Below, one piece after another: positions 24,621 to 34,781 of a stretch of DNA of 64,000 nucleotides (position 1 is the first letter of the stretch; the number at the start of each line of letters is the position of its first letter). Origin of the DNA: an uncultured Lentisphaeraceae bacterium. Its GTDB lineage: Bacteria > Verrucomicrobiota > Kiritimatiellia > RFP12 > DVOR01. Both the position numbers and the translations under genes were made by a program. The notes beneath the pieces are model-generated. The model worked only from the letters and a program-made list of their open reading frames with translations, did not search any database and was not told where the DNA came from. Location of the stretch: NCBI GenBank assembly GCA_949288955.1, contig CASEMS010000010.1, positions 33,696 through 97,695 on the forward strand, given 5' to 3'.

Positions 24621-25800
24621 GCGTTGCGGCGAGGCCACCTGCACGGGCTGTGGGGCGTGTGCCGCGGCGTGCCCCACGGCGGCCATCACCCTGACCTCCG
24701 GCGAGGGCGGCTTCGCCTATCCGCGGATCGACCCGGCCCGTTGCGTGGGGTGCGGCGCGTGCGACCGCGCCTGCCCGCTGGGTGCGGAGGAAGCGGCGCG
24801 GCGTCCGGCGCGCGCGGCCTATGCGGTGTGGGATCGCGGCGAGGGGCGTGCGGCGGCGACGTCGGGCGGGGCCTTCGGGGCGGTCGCGCGCGTGGTGCTG
24901 GCCGGGGGCGGGGCCGTCTGCGCGGCGGCCCTGGCCTTGCCCGAGGGGTGCCTCCGCCACGTGGTCGTGACGGACGAGGCGGGGTTGGCGCGCGTGCGGC
25001 GCTCCAAATACCTCCAGAGCGAGACGGCCCCCGCGCTGCGCGAGGCGCTGGGCCTGCTCCGCCAAGGCCGCACGGTGCTCTTCGTCGGCACGCCCTGCCA
25101 GGTGGCCGGCTGGCGGAGGCTCACGGCACCCTTCGGCGAACGCGCCCCCGCCTGCGACCTGGTCTGCGGCGGCGTACCCTCGCCCGCCCTCTTCGCCGCC
25201 TATCTCCGCGAGGAGGAAGGCCACGCGGGCGCCCCCATCGCCGACTACGATTTCCGCGACAAAGGCGCCGGCTGGAACTTCCCGCGCGTCCGCCTCACCT
25301 TCGCGAACGGCCGCACCGTGCGGCGCCCCCTCCGCATGGATCCCTTTTACGCCGCCTTCGCCGCGAAGCTCTCCTGCCGACTCGCGTGCGCCACGTGCCC
25401 CTATTCGTGCTTGGGGAGGGTGGGGGACCTGACGCTCGCGGACTGTTGGCACGTGGCCTCCTACCGTCCGGACTACGACGACAACCGCGGCACCTCCCTG
25501 CTCTTGGCGCAGACCGATTGGGGGGAGCGGCTCCTGGCGCGGCTCTCGGCCGGGGAAGCGGCGGGGAAGGTGGCCGTGCGGCCATACGACATCGCGCACG
25601 CCGCGAACGCCAACGCCCCCTTGCGCCATCCGCTTGGGCGCTCACCCGAGCGCGAGGGCTTCCTGCGTGAGACGCTCGCGGAAGGCCTCCCTCTGCGCGT
25701 CGCCATCCAAAGGCGCCTGGGGCGCGGTTGGGCGGTGCGGGCGTTCGCCCGTTGGTGGGCCAAGCGGCTCCTGTGGGCTTGGCTGAGGAGGCGACAATGA
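24610..25800 (+). CDS. Coenzyme F420 hydrogenase/dehydrogenase beta-subunit (FrhB)-like 4Fe-4S protein, the partner commonly found with pyruvyl transferases in EPS loci
   Basis: Two ferredoxin-type cluster motifs (CTGCGACAAACP and CVGCGACDRACP) followed by an FrhB-like C-domain. Overlaps both neighbouring genes. Confidence 0.6.
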   Translation: MPLERCGEATCTGCGACAAACPTAAITLTSGEGGFAYPRIDPARCVGCGACDRACPLGAEEAARRPARAAYAVWDRGEGRAAATSGGAFGAVARVVLAGGGAVCAAALALPEGCLRHVVVTDEAGLARVRRSKYLQSETAPALREALGLLRQGRTVLFVGTPCQVAGWRRLTAPFGERAPACDLVCGGVPSPALFAAYLREEEGHAGAPIADYDFRDKGAGWNFPRVRLTFANGRTVRRPLRMDPFYAAFAAKLSCRLACATCPYSCLGRVGDLTLADCWHVASYRPDYDDNRGTSLLLAQTDWGERLLARLSAGEAAGKVAVRPYDIAHAANANAPLRHPLGRSPEREGFLRETLAEGLPLRVAIQRRLGRGWAVRAFARWWAKRLLWAWLRRRQ

Positions 25801-26348
25801 AGACGCGCCCGCAGGCTTATGTCGATCGGATCCCCCTGCGGAACCGGGTGGGGCGCCTGGCGTGGGGGGTGGCGTGGGCGCTGCTCTTCCGGCCCTTCGC
25901 GGGGCGGCCCTTCCGCTACTGGCGCATCTTCCTGCTCCGGTGCTTCGGCGCCAAGATCGGGAAGCGGTGCAGCGTCTACGCCAACGTGCGTGTCTGGGCC
26001 CCGTGGAACCTGACCTTGGGCGACTACGTGGCCGTCGGACCCGGCGCCGAGCTCTACGCGGTGGACACGATCACCGTGGGCAGCATGGTCACGATCTCCC
26101 AGCGCGCCTACCTCTGCACCGCCTCGCACGACGTCACCAAACTCCTCAAGCCGCTCACCCACCAGCCCATCGTCATCGGGAGCTACGCCTGGGTCGCCGC
26201 CGAGGCCTTCGTCGGCATGGGCGTCACCGTCCACGAAGGCGCGGTCGTTGGCGCGCGCGCCGTCGTCGCCAAGGACGTCCCCGCCTGGACCATCGTCGCC
26301 GGCAACCCCGCCCGCCCCATCAAAAAGCGTGTCCTCGCCGAGGACTGA
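25797..26348 (+). CDS. Second WcaF-like hexapeptide-repeat O-acetyltransferase
   Basis: YWRIFLLRCFGAKIGKRCSVYANVRVWAPWNLTLGDYVAVGPGAELYAVDTITVGSMVTISQRAYLCTASHD...GNPARPIKKRV is paralogous to 22804-23361. Confidence 0.7.
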   Translation: MKTRPQAYVDRIPLRNRVGRLAWGVAWALLFRPFAGRPFRYWRIFLLRCFGAKIGKRCSVYANVRVWAPWNLTLGDYVAVGPGAELYAVDTITVGSMVTISQRAYLCTASHDVTKLLKPLTHQPIVIGSYAWVAAEAFVGMGVTVHEGAVVGARAVVAKDVPAWTIVAGNPARPIKKRVLAED

Positions 26349-26370
26349 GCGCAGGGGCGGGGGCTGGGTG

Positions 26371-26379
26371 TGCTATAAT
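26371..26379 (+). promoter_or_regulatory. Extended -10 promoter (TGCTATAAT) 6 nt upstream of the guaA ATG; probable leaderless mRNA
   Basis: gggtgTGcTATAATgggggcATGgac. Confidence 0.45.
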
Positions 26380-26385
26380 GGGGGC

Positions 26386-27935
<1,550 letters not shown>

Positions 27936-27936
27936 C

Positions 27937-28608
27937 ATGCGGACCGTGGCGGAACTCGACGCGATCCATGACGCGCTGGCGGCGGTGGCCGCCCAGACCC
28001 AGGCGCCGATCATGGATCTGGTGGCCGCGCAGACGCGCGACCCGTGGTGCGTCCTCCTGGGCACCATCCTCTCCGCGCGGACGCGCGACGCCGTCACCGC
28101 CGAGGCCGTCCGCCGCCTCCTCCCCCGCGCCCCCACGCCGGAGGCGCTCGCCGCGCTCCCCGTCGAGGAGATCGAGCGCCTCATCCGCCCCGTCGGCTTC
28201 TTCCACGCCAAAGCCCGGCACCTCGCCGCCCTCCCCGCCGTGCTCCGCGACCGCTTCGGCGGGCGCCTGCCCGACACGGTGGAGGCGCTCTGCGAGCTGC
28301 CCGGCGTGGGCCGGAAGACCGCCAACCTCGTCGTGGCCATCGGCTTCGGCAAGCCCGCCATCTGCGTGGACACGCACGTCCACCGCATCAACAACCTGCT
28401 GGGCGTGGTGCGCACCAAGACGCCGTTGGAGACGGAGATGGCCCTGCGCCGCCGCCTGCCCCAGCGCCTCTGGATCCCCTGGAACACCCTCTTCGTCACC
28501 TTCGGGCAGACCCTCTGCAAGCCCGTCGGCCCCCGGTGCGGGGCCTGCCCCGTGGCGCGCTTCTGCAAGGGCCCCGCGCGCAAGCCCAAAGCCCCCCGTG
28601 CCCCATGA
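27937..28608 (+). CDS. nth: Endonuclease III (Nth)
   Basis: An HhH-GPD motif LPGVGRKTANLV, the catalytic D in VDTHV, and a C-terminal 4Fe-4S cluster-binding loop CKPVGPRCGACPVARFC. Confidence 0.85.
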   Translation: MRTVAELDAIHDALAAVAAQTQAPIMDLVAAQTRDPWCVLLGTILSARTRDAVTAEAVRRLLPRAPTPEALAALPVEEIERLIRPVGFFHAKARHLAALPAVLRDRFGGRLPDTVEALCELPGVGRKTANLVVAIGFGKPAICVDTHVHRINNLLGVVRTKTPLETEMALRRRLPQRLWIPWNTLFVTFGQTLCKPVGPRCGACPVARFCKGPARKPKAPRAP

Positions 28609-29270
28609 GCGCCCCCCTCCCCGACCTCGCCCTCTTCGACGTCGACGGCACGCTCTTCGACTCCGAGCGTCTGTGGGCCGAGGCCCTGGCCCTCACCCTG
28701 GAGCCGCTCGGCGCGCGCGCCCGCCCCGAGGCCCTCTCCGCCCTCATCTACGGCAAGGCCTGGCCCGACGCCTTCCTCGCCCTCCGCGCCCGCTTCCCCG
28801 AGGCCCTCGACGGCCTCTCCGCCGGAACCTTGGGCCGCGCCCTCTGCCAAGGCTTCGCGCGCCTCTTCGCCGCCGCGCCGCCCATCATCCCCGGCGCCGT
28901 GGCCCTCCTCCGCCGCCTCCGCGCCGCGGGGGTGCCCTGCGCCTACGTCTCGGGCAGCCCGCGCGCCACCATCGCACAGGATCTCCGCGCCGCCGGCATC
29001 GCGGCCCTGCTCGACGAGGCCCGCTCCGTGCCCTCGGACGACGTCGCCCACGGCAAGCCCGACCCCGAGGGTTACCGCCTGGCCGCCGCCCGCTTCGGGG
29101 CCGACCCCGCGCGCGCCGTGGCCTTCGAGGATTCCGGGGTGGGCGCCCGCGCGGCCCTGGCCGCCGGCATCGGGCGTGTCTACGTCTGCCCGCCCCCCTC
29201 CGCCCCCCCGCAGGACTACCCGCCCGGCGCCCTGCGCCTCCCCTCGTGGGACGCCGCCTACCCAGGCTGA
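28605..29270 (+). CDS. HAD-superfamily hydrolase (beta-phosphoglucomutase/phosphatase-like)
   Basis: LALFDVDGTLFDSE (motif I) ... GKPDPEGY ... AFEDSGVG. Confidence 0.65.
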   Translation: MSAPLPDLALFDVDGTLFDSERLWAEALALTLEPLGARARPEALSALIYGKAWPDAFLALRARFPEALDGLSAGTLGRALCQGFARLFAAAPPIIPGAVALLRRLRAAGVPCAYVSGSPRATIAQDLRAAGIAALLDEARSVPSDDVAHGKPDPEGYRLAAARFGADPARAVAFEDSGVGARAALAAGIGRVYVCPPPSAPPQDYPPGALRLPSWDAAYPG

Positions 29271-29284
29271 GGCGCGGGGCGCGC

Positions 29285-29327
29285 AAAAAAGGCCGCGGCC
29301 GGAACGTTCCGGCCGCGGCCTTTTTTT
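29285..29327. terminator. Bidirectional rho-independent terminator
   Basis: aaaaaaGGCCGCGGCCGGAACGTTCCGGCCGCGGCCttttttt is a 30-nt perfect palindrome between convergent genes. Confidence 0.8.
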
Positions 29328-29341
29328 GTGCCGGGTGCGCC

Positions 29342-30046
29342 TCAGCGCCCATTGATCAGCGCGAAGAAGCGGTCCTGGTACAGCTCGAAGACGCCGCGGT
29401 CGCGCAGGAGGCGCCCGAGGGTCTTCACCAACGAAGGATCCTTCGCGGCGGCGGCGAAGGCGCGCTCGATCTCGTCCCGGTCGGCGCGGGGGACGCGCTC
29501 GCGGAAGCCCTCGCGCTCGCGCGCCTCGATGTCGTGCAGGGCGCGGGGCAGGGAGGCCTGCACCAGGCGCAGGAAGAGGTGGAGGAGGCAGACGTCCCAC
29601 GGTTCGTCCACGCCCACGACGAGCGCGGCGTAGGGGTCGGCGCGGCGTTCGTGTGCGCGCAGGGCGCGCTCGCGCACCACGTCCAGCGGCTCGCCGATCA
29701 GCGTCTCGGAGTAGGTCTCCCGGCGGAGGCGGTAGGAATAGCGGAGGATGCGGAAGCGCCCGGCGTGCGCCCGCAGGAAATCGAGGTAACGCCCCGCCTG
29801 CGGCCCGAAGCCCTCCAGCTCCTGGACGGAGAGGTCGCCCGGCAGGATGATGCGCGGGGGAAAGGTCTGCAACTTGCCCTCCCGCACGCGGGTCCGGGTG
29901 GGGTCGTCCATCGGCTGGGCCAGGAGGGTGTAGTTCACGGTCGTCTGGTCGAACGGGTCAAGCAGCCGCGCCGGCGCGCGCAGGATCTGCGTGTGCCGGA
30001 CGGCGTAGACGAAGTCGAACTCGTTAGGGCCGCGTTTCATGCCCAT
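29342..30046 (-). CDS. Hypothetical cytoplasmic protein (234 aa)
   Basis: An ORF with native composition and convergent terminator context; no recognisable family. Confidence 0.4.
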   Translation of the reverse strand: MGMKRGPNEFDFVYAVRHTQILRAPARLLDPFDQTTVNYTLLAQPMDDPTRTRVREGKLQTFPPRIILPGDLSVQELEGFGPQAGRYLDFLRAHAGRFRILRYSYRLRRETYSETLIGEPLDVVRERALRAHERRADPYAALVVGVDEPWDVCLLHLFLRLVQASLPRALHDIEAREREGFRERVPRADRDEIERAFAAAAKDPSLVKTLGRLLRDRGVFELYQDRFFALINGR

Positions 30047-30093
30047 CAGTATACCATCTTGCCCGACATCCTGCCCCGCCGGGCGGGGACGAA

Positions 30094-31126
30094 TCAGCGC
30101 AGGCGAGCGTCAAGCCAGGCGCGGGTGGCCGCAAGGGCCTGGGCCTGGGCGTCGGGGAGCCGAGGGAAGGAGAGGAAACCGTGCAGGGAGCCGGGGACGA
30201 CGACGCGCGCGTCGCCCTCGCGCCCAAGGGCGGCGAGGCGCCCGTGGAAGCGCCGGGAGAGGCCGGCGAGGAGGTCGCACTCGGCGGCGACGGTGAGGAC
30301 GGGCGGCAGGGCGCGGAGAGCGGCATCGTCGGCCAGGATGGGGGAGGCCTGGGGATCGGTGCGGGCGGCGGTCTCATCCACGTAGGCGCGGGAGAAGGCG
30401 GCCATCAGGTCGGCCGTCAGGAGGATGACGTCCTTGTAGGCCTCCCACTCCGGGGTGTCCGAGGCGTCGTGGGCGAGGGCGGGATAGTAGAGGATCAGGC
30501 CGTCGGCCAGACCGGGCGCAGCAAGGGCGGCACCCACGGCCAAGCCGCCGCCGGCGGAGTCGCCGCCCACGAAGAGCGGCCGGTCGGGGAACTTGGCGCG
30601 GAGGTCGCGCAACGCCTGCGCCACGGCCCGGGGCGCGGCGGGGAAGGGCCGCTCGGGCGCCAAGGGGTAAGCGAACGACCAAACGACCACGCCCGCCTGC
30701 TCGGCGAGGGCGGCGCAGAACGCCTCGTTCATGCGCGCGGGCCCCACGCACCAACCGCCGCCGTGGAGATAGAGCAAGGTGGCGCGGGCCTCGCCGCTCG
30801 GCGCGTAGACCGCCCAAGGGCCACGCTCCGAGAGCGTCACCCGGCCCGCGTGGGCTTGGTTGAAAGCCTCCACGGAAGGAAGCGCCCTCTCCAACCCCTC
30901 CCGCCACCGCGCGAGCGTCGCGAAGTCGCCGGCGCGCGCCGCGTCCAAGGCCGCCACGTGCGCGGCATCGGCGGCGCGGCGCGGCTCATAATAGGCCACC
31001 AACGCGGCCGATTCCTCGGAGAACGGCGCGCGCGGCGCACCGCCGAGGCACCCCACGGCGCAGGCCAAGACAAGGACAAACACGGCAGGCAGACCCCAAC
31101 GGGCCAAGCGGGCGGGGATTCGCATG
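30094..31126 (-). CDS. Alpha/beta-hydrolase fold esterase/lipase (HGGG-type), probable lipoprotein
   Basis: MRIPARLARWGLPAVFVLVLACAVGC (lipobox-like) ... LLYLHGGGW (oxyanion HGGG) ... GDSAGGGLA (GxSxG nucleophile). Start at the MRIP codon (complement of 31124-31126). Confidence 0.7.
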
Positions 31127-31287
31127 AGAGGCTCCTTTCGTTCCATGGCCCCATACGATACACCTTGGGCCGCCCCCCGCGTCAAGCGCAAGAGAGCGCA
31201 CGAGGCCTGCGGAGGCTTTGACCGCTCGCTCTGCGGGGAGGGGACCGCAAAGACGCAAGGGGGCGCGGGAGGCTTGCGGGCAGAGGG

Positions 31288-31325
31288 GGAGGCTTGGAAG
31301 TTTGGAGGCTTGGAGGCTTGGGGGG
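31288..31325. repeat. Octamer AGGCTTGG tandem array, copy 4, immediately followed by the ~95-bp element copy B (31321-31413)
   Basis: ggaggcttggaagtttggaggcttggaggcttgggggg, then gatttgaccgcaaagacgcaagggggcgcgggaggcttgcgggctccgccggtcgctctgcgggcttcgcccgctgaccgctccctaccgc. Confidence 0.75.
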
Positions 31326-31733
31326 ATTTGACCGCAAAGACGCAAGGGGGCGCGGGAGGCTTGCGGGCTCCGCCGGTCGCTCTGCGGGCTTCGCCCGCTG
31401 ACCGCTCCCTACCGCCCTCGCCTCCCGCCCATCCCCCTTCGTGTCCCCCGTGCCCCCCTTTGTGTGCTTCGTGATCTCCCTCTGGCAGTCCTGCGCGGGC
31501 CACGCCCGCGCTCCCGTTGTGGCCTTTGTGTCCGTTGTGATTGTCCCCCCCTCGTGCTTCGTGTCCCCCTGTGTCCCCCTTCGTGTGCTTCGTGATCTCC
31601 CCCTCGCCGTGCCGGGCGCTTGGCGGCCCCCCCGAAGCCGATCGGCGGCTGACCCAATGTGGATCAGCCCCTAGTCCGAGGTGGATCAGCCGCTGATCCG
31701 AGGTGGATCGGGGGCCGAGCCCGGCGGCCCCGC

Positions 31734-31763
31734 TTGACAGCGGGGCGGGGGGTGTGCTAGTAT
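31734..31763 (+). promoter_or_regulatory. Sigma70-type promoter for tRNA-Ser (TTGACA, 18-nt spacer, extended -10 TGCTAGTAT)
   Basis: cgcTTGACAgcggggcggggggtgTGcTAGTATcc, located 30 nt upstream of the tRNA 5' end. Confidence 0.5.
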
Positions 31764-31793
31764 CCCACACGTTTTTGGCAAATCCAGATCCAT

Positions 31794-31885
<92 letters not shown>

Positions 31886-31999
31886 CCCTTCCCCCAACTT
31901 TTTTCGTTTCCCCGCCGAAACAGGCTTGCGCCCGGCGTGAGGGCTTGGTATCATACACTCTAGATGATTGTTTGCCATCCTTCAGAAGGGAGCACAGTA

Positions 32000-32992
32000 A
32001 TGGTCCGGAATGCGATGTTGACAATGCTGCTCGGCGCGCTGACGCTGGGCGCCTCGCCCTTGGCCGCCCAAGAGGCGCCCGAGGCCAAGCCGTTGCGCTT
32101 TGACCCCATGGTCAGGGTGATGGACGTGTCGGCAGGCGGCACGATCACGGTGACCCCGCCCGGCGAAGGCTCCGCCCCCACCAAGGCCATCCCCTACAAG
32201 GCCTATCCCTACGGCTCGCGCTTCGAGGTGGCCGAGGGCACCACCTTCCGCGCCATCTTCTCCAACCTCACCTACGTGGTCATCCGCGGCCCCGCCATCT
32301 TCACCCCCCGCGCCGCCGACCAGTGGCGCAAGGTGATGCTCGACGCGCAGAAGGGCGACTACAACCTGCGCGTGGACGAGCGCGCCCTCCCCGGCCAGTT
32401 CGAGCTCATCACCCCGCTGGGCACCTTCACCGACATGCACGGCATGGCCAAGCTCCACCTCGGCGACATCGGCAAGGAAAAGACCGTCACCAAGGACGAC
32501 TTCTCCTTCCGCACCCTCGCCGGCGACGCCGTCTTCAAGGGCCTCCACTACACCATGAGCGGCATGACCCAGGCCAACGCCTTCTCCTCCGCCGACTCCC
32601 AGGGCCTCCAGACCTCCACCGTCACCGGCCGCCTCGGCGAGGTGAAGATGGAGATCCCCTCCGGCAACGGCCAGGCCACCCCCTTCTCCCTCACCCCCGG
32701 CGCCTCCGTCCAGATCACCCGCGCCAAGGCCGAAGGCTCCGACAACTGGGTCGTCTCCGTCCTCACCCTCTACGCCAACGGCCAGGCCAAGAACTACTTC
32801 TGCTACGTCGAGAACCGCGGCGAGGGCTACAGCACCGGCGAGCTCATCGCCGAGGTGCTGCCCCAGGACGTCGAGGGCGAAGACGGCGAGGAAGGCGCCG
32901 AAGGCGGGGACGCCGCCGAGGAAGGCGCCGCCGCGGCCGGCGACATCGTGCCCGACGAGCTGAACGACTTTGACGACGGCATGCTCCTCTGA
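32000..32992 (+). CDS. Hypothetical secreted protein with acidic C-terminal tail
   Basis: An SD aagggag is followed by MVRNAMLTMLLGALTLGASPLAAQEA (signal peptide). The C-terminus is EDGEEGAEGGDAAEEGAAAAGDIVPDELNDFDDGMLL. Confidence 0.5.
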   Translation: MVRNAMLTMLLGALTLGASPLAAQEAPEAKPLRFDPMVRVMDVSAGGTITVTPPGEGSAPTKAIPYKAYPYGSRFEVAEGTTFRAIFSNLTYVVIRGPAIFTPRAADQWRKVMLDAQKGDYNLRVDERALPGQFELITPLGTFTDMHGMAKLHLGDIGKEKTVTKDDFSFRTLAGDAVFKGLHYTMSGMTQANAFSSADSQGLQTSTVTGRLGEVKMEIPSGNGQATPFSLTPGASVQITRAKAEGSDNWVVSVLTLYANGQAKNYFCYVENRGEGYSTGELIAEVLPQDVEGEDGEEGAEGGDAAEEGAAAAGDIVPDELNDFDDGMLL

Positions 32993-33041
32993 GCCACACG
33001 GCGCCGTCTCCCCACAACCACACAACCCGAACCACGCGATT

Positions 33042-34724
33042 ATGTTCATCTACCGTTTCTCCCGCCTCATCAAAAGCAAACTGTTGTGGGGCTTCCTGGC
33101 CCTGCTCATGGTCTTCGCCTTCGTCGTCGCGGACTCCTGCTCCGGCATGGCCGGCGGGCAATCCTCCGCCGGGCGCCTCGGCGAGACCACGATCGCCGCC
33201 GCCACCCTCGAGAACGCCGGGCAGACCATCCAAGTGCTCAACGGGCAGGCCGCCTACTACCTGCCCTCCTCCGCGCAGGTCTTCGGCGCCCTCCTCCGCG
33301 GCGGGCAGGCCCTCCCCGAGGACTGGCCCGCCCGCCGCCGCCTCAACTGGAAGCTCGTCGCCGCCCGCGAGGTCGGCGCCCAGCACGGCCTCGCCGCCGG
33401 CCAACGCGCCGCCGTCGGGATGCTCGAGACCCTCTTCGTCGGCCCCAACGGCGCCTTCAGCCCCTCCCTCTACCGCGCCTTCCTCAACGCCAACCAATAC
33501 TCCCGCCCCGCCCTCTTCGAGGAGACCTTCCGCGACGCCTGGATGCCCGCGCAGGTCGCCACCCTCGCCGTCTTCAACGCCGTCGGCTGGGCCTCCCCCA
33601 TGGAGCAGGACTTCACCCTCTCCGCCTACTACGACCGCTCCGTTGTCTACGCCGCCACCCTCCCCAACACCCTCAAGCCCGAGGCGCTCCAAGTCTCCGA
33701 GCAAGAGCAGCAAGCCTGGTACGACGCCAACCAGGAAGACTACAGCCTCCCCGAGCAGCGCCGCATCACCTACGTCGAGATCCCCACCAAGCCCTTCGCC
33801 GAGAAAATCACCGTCGAAGAGATGGACGCCATGCAATACTATGACGACCACAGTGAGGAGTTCCGCGGCACCGGCACCAACGCCACCGTCACCCTCCCCT
33901 TCGAGCAGGTCAAAGACAAAGCCATCGAGAAAGTCCGCGCCCGCCGCGCCATCGAGGAAGCCCTCGTCTACGCCAACGAGACCCTCGTCCCCAAGGCCGC
34001 CACCGAAACCCTCGACGCCGCCGCCAAGGACTACGGCAAGCCCAAGACCGCCACCCTCCGCCAAGACCGCCCCATCGGCTTCCAGAACGCGCGCGACCTC
34101 CTCGCCGCCGCCTTTGAGATGGACGTCGAGGAGACCCCCCTCAACGCCGTCGCCGGCACCGACCGCGTCTACCTCATCCGCCTCGACGAAGTCATCCCCA
34201 CCCACATCGCCCCCCTCGCCGAGGTCAAAGACCGCGTCCTCGCCGACGCCCGCCGCGACAAGCTGGAGCAACGCCTCCGCGCCAACGGCAAGACCATCCG
34301 CGACGCCCTCTCCGCCGAGCTCGCCAAAGGCACCGCCTTCGACAAAGCCGTCGCCGCCTGCAAGGTCGATGGCCTCACCGCCACCACCGCCATGACCTTC
34401 ACCCTCAGCGAGGTCAGCGCCGACCTCAGCCTCCCCCACCGCGCCGAGATCCTCCCCACCGTCAGCACCCTCGGCACGAAGGCCCTCTCCGAGCCCATCC
34501 TCACCGCCGGCGACGACATCCTCCTCGTCTACGTCGCCGAGCGCAAACCCGGCGACGCCCTCGCCAAGACCGCCGCCCGCACCCGCCTCGCCCAGAGCAT
34601 GTCCTTCAACTCCGCCTTCCAGATCACCGCCGACTGGCTCGATTGGAACCTCGACCGCCAGCCCCCCACCTCCCCCGACGGCAAGGCCCCCCTCCTCGCC
34701 GCCCCCACCGAGCCCATCGAGTAA
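33042..34724 (+). CDS. PpiD/SurA-like periplasmic chaperone (membrane-anchored)
   Basis: MFIYRFSRLIKSKLLWGFLALLMVFAFVV is a PpiD-type N-terminal anchor, followed by a long SurA-N-like chaperone region. The PpiD call is by architecture and is moderate. Confidence 0.45.
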   Translation: MFIYRFSRLIKSKLLWGFLALLMVFAFVVADSCSGMAGGQSSAGRLGETTIAAATLENAGQTIQVLNGQAAYYLPSSAQVFGALLRGGQALPEDWPARRRLNWKLVAAREVGAQHGLAAGQRAAVGMLETLFVGPNGAFSPSLYRAFLNANQYSRPALFEETFRDAWMPAQVATLAVFNAVGWASPMEQDFTLSAYYDRSVVYAATLPNTLKPEALQVSEQEQQAWYDANQEDYSLPEQRRITYVEIPTKPFAEKITVEEMDAMQYYDDHSEEFRGTGTNATVTLPFEQVKDKAIEKVRARRAIEEALVYANETLVPKAATETLDAAAKDYGKPKTATLRQDRPIGFQNARDLLAAAFEMDVEETPLNAVAGTDRVYLIRLDEVIPTHIAPLAEVKDRVLADARRDKLEQRLRANGKTIRDALSAELAKGTAFDKAVAACKVDGLTATTAMTFTLSEVSADLSLPHRAEILPTVSTLGTKALSEPILTAGDDILLVYVAERKPGDALAKTAARTRLAQSMSFNSAFQITADWLDWNLDRQPPTSPDGKAPLLAAPTEPIE

Positions 34725-34735
34725 CCCACACGGCA

Positions 34736-34769
34736 CAAAAAAAGGCGCCCATCCGGGCGCCTTTTTTTG
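34736..34769. terminator. Bidirectional rho-independent terminator (between ppiD-like and ugd)
   Basis: caaaaaaaGGCGCCCatccGGGCGCCtttttttg. Confidence 0.8.
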
Positions 34770-34781
34770 TCTCCACCAACC

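Noticed and set aside
31441-31674. 77-aa ORF inside the pyrimidine-rich tract upstream of tRNA-Ser
   Set aside because: It has a low-complexity (Pro/Val/Cys/Ser) product, no RBS, and lies within repeat DNA.
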